Shown here: piece by piece, positions 49,438 through 57,300 of the stretch
Position numbering within the stretch: position 1 is the first letter of the stretch
How the letters are laid out: each line of letters opens with the position of its first letter
Origin: Phycisphaerae bacterium
Lineage (GTDB): Bacteria; Planctomycetota; Phycisphaerae; UBA1845; Fen-1342
DNA length: 64,000 nucleotides
NCBI GenBank assembly: GCA_050115495.1
Contig: JASFQK010000016.1
Coordinates: forward strand, 75,865-139,864
Direction of reading: 5' to 3'
Made by a program: the position numbers and the translations under genes
Notes under the pieces: model-generated
What the model saw: only the letters and a program-made list of their open reading frames with translations
Database searches by the model: none
What the model was told of the DNA's origin: nothing

Positions 49438-49561
49438 GTGGCATGCTGAAGCCTCAGGCGCCGGCATGTCTTTCTTCGGCGTCGCTGCGCACATGCCGGC
49501 GCTACGCTTCGGCATGCCACACCTGCTACCAGTAGCGTCCGACCTCCGTGTCGGACGTCGA
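49438..49561. repeat. R1 (copy 5) + covariant R2 variant
   Basis: R1 at 49438-49520, then GTAGCGTCCGACCTCCGTGTCGGACGTCG. Confidence 0.85.
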
Positions 49562-49600
49562 ACGCCAACCCACGGTCGTCCTCGCGGTCTTCCGTCTTCC

Positions 49601-49930
49601 AGCCCGCGTAGCGGGCGATGGGATCTAGCCCCGGGTGAGCGAGCGGACGCATTGCGGCCGATCGCGAAACCCGGGGAAGACGCCGGCCCGAACATCCCAA
49701 CCCGCGAAGCGGGTGACGGAATGCGGTCCGGGGCGTATGACCGGCGATGCGTTTCGTCGCCCGCTTCGCGGGCTGCAGAGGGGTTCGGGATGCGTCCTTC
49801 CCCGGGTTCCGTCCGCCGGTGGCGCGTGTTCCCGGGCCGGTCGTAGCTGCCAGCAGGGGATCTGTCGCGCATTTCGCCTCGCTCGCCGGCGGACTCCACC
49901 CGGGGCTACCTTCCTGGGCCCTTCGGGACC
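49601..49930. mobile_element. Non-autonomous multi-hairpin palindromic element (MITE/REPIN-like)
   Basis: AGCCCGCGTAGCGGGCGA, TAGCCCCGGGTGAG...AACCCGGGGAAG and their inverted counterparts TCGCCCGCTTCGCGGGCT, CTTCCCCGGGTT...CACCCCGGGGCTA. No credible ORF. Confidence 0.55.
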
Positions 49931-49990
49931 AGCGGGCTCGCGCCTTCTGTATCGGTCGTTGAACGCCGAAGAGAGCGCGAGGCGCACTTC

Positions 49991-50075
49991 TGTCCGAGCC
50001 GCGATCGGGAGAGAGTGGTTTGCGCAGACGGCGCGTTATTGGCGGCAACCCGTTGCTACCGCTCAGGGCTCGGAT
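49991..50075. repeat. R3 doublet (copy 3)
   Basis: TGTCCGAGCCGCGATCGGGAGAGAGTGG...GGCGGCAACCCGTTGCTACCGCTCAGGGCTCGGA, as at 44212-44295. Confidence 0.75.
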
Positions 50076-50113
50076 TGGGGCTGTGGGGCTCCGCCGGAAT
50101 GCCGGCGGATTGA

Positions 50114-51247
50114 TCAGGGCGCCGTCGCGGGGGCGCTGTCGCTGGAGGGTTGGGTGGCGGGAGCCGATTGAGGGGCGAAGCTGGCGAACCAGTCACGCAG
50201 GACGCGCTCCGCCGGCTTGCCGCGCGGCGTGTAGCCGTAGTCGCCGGCGCCGCCGGGAGCGTGCGACCAGTCCCACCAGATGATGCCGGCCATGCCCGGC
50301 GTGTCGTTCCACACGCGCAGAAACGCCTCGTACAGCCGGCGTTGCTCCTCGTGGCCGGCGGGCGTCGCTTTCTGGTAGTGGTAGTAGTTCCACGGGGCCG
50401 TGCTCGCCCCCTCCTGGCTGCACCAGCCGACCTCGGTGAACAGCAGCGGCTTGCCGATCTGCCGCTGCCAGCGGGTGATGTCGTCGTGGATCGGCTGCCA
50501 GCGGGCCACGATCTGCTCGACCGTCGGGTTCGCCTTGTCCGACAGCGTGTAGTAGCTGGTCATGCCGATCAGGTCGAGCTTGTCCCAGAACTTCACCGGC
50601 CGGTAGTGATCCCAGTTGGCCGAGTAACCCAGCACGCCACCGTAGAAGTTCGTGCGGGCCAGTTCGATCACCTTGTACCACTCGTCGGTGTACTTCTCCG
50701 TGCTGACCAGCTCCGAGCCGACCATCAGGCCGGTCGCCCCACCCTCGCGAGCGATTTCGCAGAAGTAGACGATCAGTTCGCGATACTGCCGCCACCAGTC
50801 GTCCCAGTCGGGTGGGTCGATCACGCCGCGCCACTCGCTACCCCGCGGCTTGGCCAGCAGGACGATGGGCATCAGGATGACTTCGAGGCCTTCTTCGCGG
50901 GCGGCCTGGATGAGCTGCTTGAATTCGGGCGGCGAGGGTGTCTTGCGGGCTTCGATGAAGATCGTCTGGGCCTCGGCGTGCTCCATGAAGGCGGGGGTGA
51001 TGAGCAGGACCGTGTTGGCCCCCATCTCCGCCGCCTCGTGGAACAGTGGCGCGTACTGGTCCAGCGGCTCGTACCCGCTCTGCACCTGGATGGCCAGACC
51101 GCGGTAGCGCATCGGCTGGCCGGGGGGCAGGGGGGCATGGGATCCCGGCGGGTTGCCGCGCTCGTCGCAGCCCAGGCCCGCGCCCAGCAGGACCCCCAGC
51201 AGCACCGCGACGATTGTGGCAGCCGTCTTTCTGGTCATCACTCGCAT
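50114..51247 (-). CDS. Glycoside hydrolase family 113-like (TIM barrel) lipoprotein
   Basis: GLGC lipobox, WRGVI, VGSEL (acid/base), YSANWD, FWDKLDLIG and LFTEVG (nucleophile). Start is 51247 or 51238. Confidence 0.8.
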   Translation of the reverse strand: MRVMTRKTAATIVAVLLGVLLGAGLGCDERGNPPGSHAPLPPGQPMRYRGLAIQVQSGYEPLDQYAPLFHEAAEMGANTVLLITPAFMEHAEAQTIFIEARKTPSPPEFKQLIQAAREEGLEVILMPIVLLAKPRGSEWRGVIDPPDWDDWWRQYRELIVYFCEIAREGGATGLMVGSELVSTEKYTDEWYKVIELARTNFYGGVLGYSANWDHYRPVKFWDKLDLIGMTSYYTLSDKANPTVEQIVARWQPIHDDITRWQRQIGKPLLFTEVGWCSQEGASTAPWNYYHYQKATPAGHEEQRRLYEAFLRVWNDTPGMAGIIWWDWSHAPGGAGDYGYTPRGKPAERVLRDWFASFAPQSAPATQPSSDSAPATAP

Positions 51248-51363
51248 CACTCGTCCAGGTCTGACCGCCAATCCGGGCGGCCGTGGCGAGTGATTATGCA
51301 CTCCCCGGCCGGCGGTTCAAGGGTCACCGCCGACCGGGAGTGCCGGAAACGGCCCTCGCGAGG

Positions 51364-54300
51364 CTATTGTGAGCTCTTGACCTGCACGCCTTTCTGCCTG
51401 CTTTGCAGCATTTCCTCGAGCTGGTAGGAGTTCATGGACTGGAATCGGCGGTTGTCCTCCAGCAGGTTGCCGATGTAGTCCACCTTGGACCCCGGGTAGC
51501 CGCGATCGTTCGGGCCGTTGAACTGGGGGTACCTCTCGGCCATGGCCAGCACAGCCCCTTCGCTCCGGTAGAAGGCGAAGTGGCCGGCGGTGTCGCGGGC
51601 GACGACCGTCGGGTAACCGTTGATGCCCTCGGCGACGAGCACGCCACGCAGGTCGGTCTGCCCCGACACGAACCGCGACATCGCGGTGCCGATCGCCTCC
51701 AGGTGCACGTCGCTCAGCCCGCGGCGGGTGATGGCGTCCACCACGTTGACCCGGGCCCGCTGGGCGCCGACGTCTTCCTGAACCTCCAGCGCCAGCGGCG
51801 TCACCAGCACGAGCCCGCTGGCGAACAGGTCATCACCGCGGCAGATTACCAGGTACGCCCCGGCACCGGTCGCATCGCTGTCCGCGGCGTCCTTCGGCAG
51901 AACATCGAGGTCGACTCGGCGGGCCTTGTCGACATAGTCACAGCCGTTGCCGAGCTCGACCTCTTTCTCCAGGATGGGTCGGATACCGGCCAGGTTGACG
52001 GCCGTGATCTCGGTCAGGTTCTTCTCGACCAGGGCGAGCTTGAGCAGGTCGACGCGATAGACCTGCAGCACGGCCTTCTTGATGTTGCGGTAATCCAGCC
52101 GGATGAACGGCTCACCGTACGGCCGGGCATAGAGCAGTTGATCCGTCGGCCGCTGGGCGGCGTCCGGACCGGCGGCCCGCACCTCGCGCGCCCATTCGTC
52201 CGCCTCGAAGAAGCCGCCGCTCCGACGCGGGTGGAAGATGGTCACTTCGGGCAGGCTGACGCGCTTCTCCTCGAAGTAGGTCACCGCCTCCGCCGCATCG
52301 GCGAAGCGGTCACGCACCTTCTCATAGAATGTGATGGCCTCCGCGGTGCGATTCTCGGCGTGGAGGATCTGGCCGATGATGTACAGGGCCAGCCACTTGT
52401 TCGGACTGGGCCGCTCGACACCCTGATCATCGTGATAGGTCGAGTCGGCGACGACCTGGGCCAGTTCGCGGGCCTGGTCGAACTTGCCCTGGTGGAACAA
52501 GGCCAGCGCCTCGATATAGCGGAACCGGTCGAGCCAGCGACTCTTCGCGAAGCGGTCGATGAACTCGCGCGCCCGGTTGATGGCGGTCCAGTAGTCGCGG
52601 AGATCGAGGTACGCCGTCGCCAGCGAATACGCCGCCTCGTCAGCGACGGGGTTCTCCGGGTACAGGCACAGGAACCGTTCGAGCAGGGCGATCGCCTCGC
52701 GGATGATCTCCTCGCGCGTGAGCGCCGGCCGTGGGGCGGCACCTTCGGCAGCCGGTCGCGGCCGCACCGCCTCGGGATGCTCGGCCTGACCGTAGAGTGT
52801 CTGGGCGAGCGCGTAGTACGTGCTCGCGACCTGCGGCGTGTCGGGATACGCCCGCCAGAGATCCTTCAGGAAATCGACGCTTTCCAGAAAACGTCCCTCT
52901 TCACGGAGCGTCCCGCCGACCGCCGCCTCGCGGACGAACGACGCGTTCGCCGTCGCCCTGTAGACGAGGTAGGCCCGCTCCGGCTGGCCGGTATGGGCGT
53001 AGGCGTCGGCCACCTTGATGATCTGCTCGAACGGGATGATCAGGTCGGGGTACTTCTCGCGGAGGATCTCGAAGTAGTTGACGATATCCTCGGCCTTGTC
53101 GCGGGCCAGGGCGGCCATCAGCAGCATCCGCACCGACTCGCGATACGGCTCCTCGTTGAGCACCCACTTGCCGGCCAGCAACTGCTCGAGGAAGCCCGCC
53201 GCCTCGTCGTACTTCGCGTCCTCGAAGTACAGCTTGCCCAGGTTGTAGAGCTCGTCGGGCGACAGCTTGTACTCGTCCGGACTCTTCTCGCCACGGCTGA
53301 GCACGGTCAGCATCTGGTCGGAGCGGTTCACATGCACGCGTTCCGGCCGGTACAGGCTCTGGACGATCGTGGGTGGCAGCCGGTACGTGCCCGGCGTGGT
53401 GGCCACCATGCGGTAGCGCAGGTCGCCCGGATGCTCCAGGCTGCCGTAATACAGCGTCAGCACGTTGTCCGTGAAGTCGCGAGCCAGAAAGTTGCCGCGG
53501 ACCGATTCTTCCAGCAGCCGGCAGCCGGCGGGGATCGTCTCCTTGACGATGAGGTAGTCGCGATCGCCGGCGCCGCTCGCCGACGGATCCCACCGCCGCA
53601 AACCGACGTTGACCGAGGCCACGTCGCCGACGGGCAGGTTCCGCGCCGTGTTGTGGAACCACTTGTACTCGCGGGCGACGCTGAAGCCCGGCTCGACCGC
53701 TCGTCCGTCATATTCCGGCGGCGGCGGCACGACCTGCCGGTTCCAGGCCCGGAAGACGTGGCGGGTGTCCAGCAGGTCCGGGTTGGGGAACGTGCGCGAG
53801 AAGCCGCGCAGCGTGACCGCATACGTATATTCGCCACGCCCGTCGAACGCGAAGTCGACGCGCTGCTTGCCCGCCCCGAGCTCCTCCGCACCGAGGTCGA
53901 TGCGCAGCGAGCCGCTGTCGCCGGAGCTGAGCCGCTTCCGCTCGCGGCCGTTGACACTGACCGCCACCGTGTAGTTGGCGGCTTCCTGCTCGCCCTGGGC
54001 GTGGTACGTGGCCAACGCGGCCAGCACCGCACCACGGGCCTTGTGCGGCCGCCAGCCGTCGGCGCGAGCCGACTCGACCAGGTATGCCACGAGGCCCGGC
54101 ACGGCCGAGTCGCGGGCGTCCACCGAAAGCTGCGCCAGCAGAGCCAGCGCGGTGACTTCGAGCTCCGACTCCATCCACGCCGAGCCGGCATCGTTCGTTA
54201 GCCAGCGCACCGGCGGATCACCCGCCCGCTCCCGCAACCGTTCGTGGAGAACGTGGAGCACTTCGGCGGCGGCCGACTTGCGGTCCAGCCGCACGAACGT

Positions 54301-57300
54301 CAACGCCAGCCGACCCAGGGCGGCGTTGCTCAGCGTCTGCCGCTGGCGGTGCAGCCGGTTCACGTGGGCGAAATCGACTTCGCTGAGCCAGGACAGACCG
54401 TGTAGCACGGTGGCTTTCAGCTCGTACTGCGCCGGGTCGGCTTCGGCGAACACCTTGCGCAGGTACGCGATTAACTGCTCGCGGGCAGGTCCGGCCACGG
54501 CGTGACCGCTCTCCTGCGCCTTGCCGAGCGCCCAGGCGACGTGCGCCGTCGTCCACGGATCCGACCTCGCCTGCTTGCCCGACCACGCCCATCCGCCGTC
54601 GTCGTTCTGCGCGGACAGAAGCTGGGCGATCAGGCCGGCGGACCGCTCACTCAACAGCCGGGCGTCGGCGCCACCATCCTCACCATCGGCCGCCCGAGCC
54701 CGCACGTAATCTTCGGCGTACAGGCAGGCCAGCAGACCCGACGCCGCATCCGCGTGCGTTCGCGGCGGGGCGATTCGGCTGCAACTCAACTGGTGCTCGA
54801 TGTACTGCCATCGCGGCCCGCTCTCCAGCGCTTCTTCGATGAGCCAGCGCTGCAGGCTCGGACCGACCGCCACCGTCAGTTGCAGGTCGTGGTATTCCTG
54901 GCTGCCGTCGTCCAGCGGCGGCAGCTCCAGTTCGACGAACTCGTTGTCCCGGCGGACGCCGGCGGCATGTGCCTCGACCGGCATGCCCCAGGCCCGGACC
55001 GGCACCTCCGTCGTCACCGCGTCCTGCGGCAGTTGCTCTTCGTTGTCCGCGGTCGCGCTGAGTTCGAGCACCAGTTCGCCGGCGACAGGGGCCGGCAACG
55101 CGTCGAAGACGACGTCGTACGTGCCCGCGCCTTCGAGCTTCAGCGTCCGCTCCTGGCGGAACGGCACAGCGCCCTGCACGGGCGTCGGGCCGTCCTCTCC
55201 GTCCGGCGCCGGCGGTGTGCCGCCGCTGATCGTCAGCACGAGCCGCACCTCATCCTTCCGGTCGCTCAGGCAGTGCACCGCCGCCCGCGGCTGGAACTGG
55301 TCGCCCTCGGCGACGATCGGCGGCGTGAACAGCTCGACGAAGAAGTCCTCGCGGCTGATGACCTCGGCCTCGCCGGCCCCGACCAGTGTCTCGGGCGTGA
55401 CGCCGCGAGCCACGAGCTTCCAAGTCGTGCTCGAGTCGGGCACGATGATGCGCACGGTGGCCTTGCCGTCGGCGTCCGTCACGATGCGCGGATTCCAGTA
55501 GGCGACCTCGGGGAAGAACGTGCGCGGCGGGGCGCTGCGGAGGAAGCTGTTGAGCTCGCTCTCGATGGCCCTGATCCGCACGGCGTCTCCCACGCAGAGC
55601 CGCTGTTGGCTCTTGTTCATGACCTCGAGTACGGACCGCCGCGCCGCGAAGCGGTAGGTTGTGTCGCGGAACTGCCCGAACTTGATATCCGCAAGGCCGT
55701 CGCCGTCGGAGTCGTTGTAGAGATCCAGGTCGAAGCCGGCATAGGCGCCGCCGCCACGGGGGCGTTGATGGCCGTAGGACATGATGCTTCGTGTGCTTTG
55801 ATTCGACTGGAACAACTGGCCTCGGCCGCTCTGGAAAAGCTGTTCCTGAACCTGTACTTGAGATAGATCGAGTGCCTGGACCCCACGGAGCTGCGGCATG
55901 TCGGCCTGTATCTGTCGACTTGGCTGTGGTGGCTTGAGGGCGCTCCCGGCGGACACGGGGATCCCCGCCATCTCTTCGCCCGCCTGCTGTGGCTGCTCCA
56001 CCTGTTGCTCTGGACCGTTGATAACGACCCGGTTGGTGCGGGGTTCCCCGGTCACGCGGATGCGTTCCCCGCGGCCTTCCGCAGACTCCCACGGCTGCGA
56101 CACCGCCCGGCCCAGCGCTTCGGCGAGGCGGCGTTCTTCGCTGAGAACCTCCGTGACCATCGGTCGCGTCTGACCCTGGTACCGGAAGATGCAGCTCGTT
56201 TCCGTGCGCAGCGCCGCCCGTCGCCAGGCACCTTCCTGGAAGAAACCGACGATCTCCGGCGTCAAGTCGGGATAGCGCGACAGCAGGGCGTTGTCGATCA
56301 TGGCCAGGCCGATCTCCGCGGCCACCGGCTGACCCTGCTGATCGGTGACGGTGACCTCGACGGCCAGCTCCTCGCGCGGGGCGTACGTTTCCCGCTCGGG
56401 CTTGAGCGTGATGTGCAGCTCGCGCTCGACGCTGAACTCACGCGTCGCCGCGTGCAGCCGACCGGGCTCGTCGCCGGCGGCCCCGCTCATTACGGCCACG
56501 CCCACGGCGAAGTTGGGGAAGTGCTCGTGCACGACGGGGATGTCGAGGTTGTTGTGACCCGGCCGCAGCCGCAGCGTGCGGTAGCCGATGATCTCCTCGC
56601 CCTCAAACGTCAGTAGGGCAAGCTGCTCGTTGTCCGTTTCCCCCAGCCGTGAGTGCACGTCGAGATCGATCGACTCGCCGACGCGGTAGTGCTGCCGATC
56701 GCTGAACAGGCGCAGACGCGTTTGGTCCTCCTTGTCGGAGATCAGGATGTCCAGCTCGGCGGTGACGATGTGGCCGAGGCTGTCCGGCCCTTCGGCCCGC
56801 AGCATGTACGACCCGCCCTTGCTCAGCCGTAGCGTCGCTCGTCCCTGACCGTTCTTCTCCTCGGTCTGGACGGTGACGGTCTGCTCGGTCGTCTCGGCCC
56901 AGCCCTGGCGGCTGTGTGTTCGCCGCAGAGCTGTGAGCGTCATTTCGCGTTTGATCGGCTCGCCGCGCAGGTCCAGCGTGGTGATGGTGACGTCGATCGG
57001 CTCATCCGCCAGGTAGACCTCTTCACGACGCAGCGTCTCCACCTTCGCCATGAAGCTCTGCACGGCGATGAGGGCGATGCCCGACGCGTGGATGTCCAGC
57101 TCGGCCTGCCGGGCCTCCATGCCCACCTCGTCCTGCTCTGGGAACAGCGTTGAATCGAACGTGAAAGCGATCTTGCCCTCTTTGTCCGTCACGCCGGCCC
57201 GCTTGAGCTCTTCGCCCGACCACAGCCCCAGCGTGTACTCAACCGTCTTCCCGACCACCGGCTCGCCGTACGTGTACTCGGCGATGATGTGGCCGCTGAT

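Noticed and set aside
36131..49561. Integron cassette array (R1 hairpins as attC sites)
   Set aside because: No consistent RYYYAAC/GTTRRRY core boxes bound the hairpins, no integrase is in the window, and the genes are paralogs with their own promoters. The nearby GTCAAC is the -35 box on the minus strand.
36131..50075. CRISPR array
   Set aside because: Repeats are kilobases apart and separated by genes; there are no regular spacers and no cas genes.
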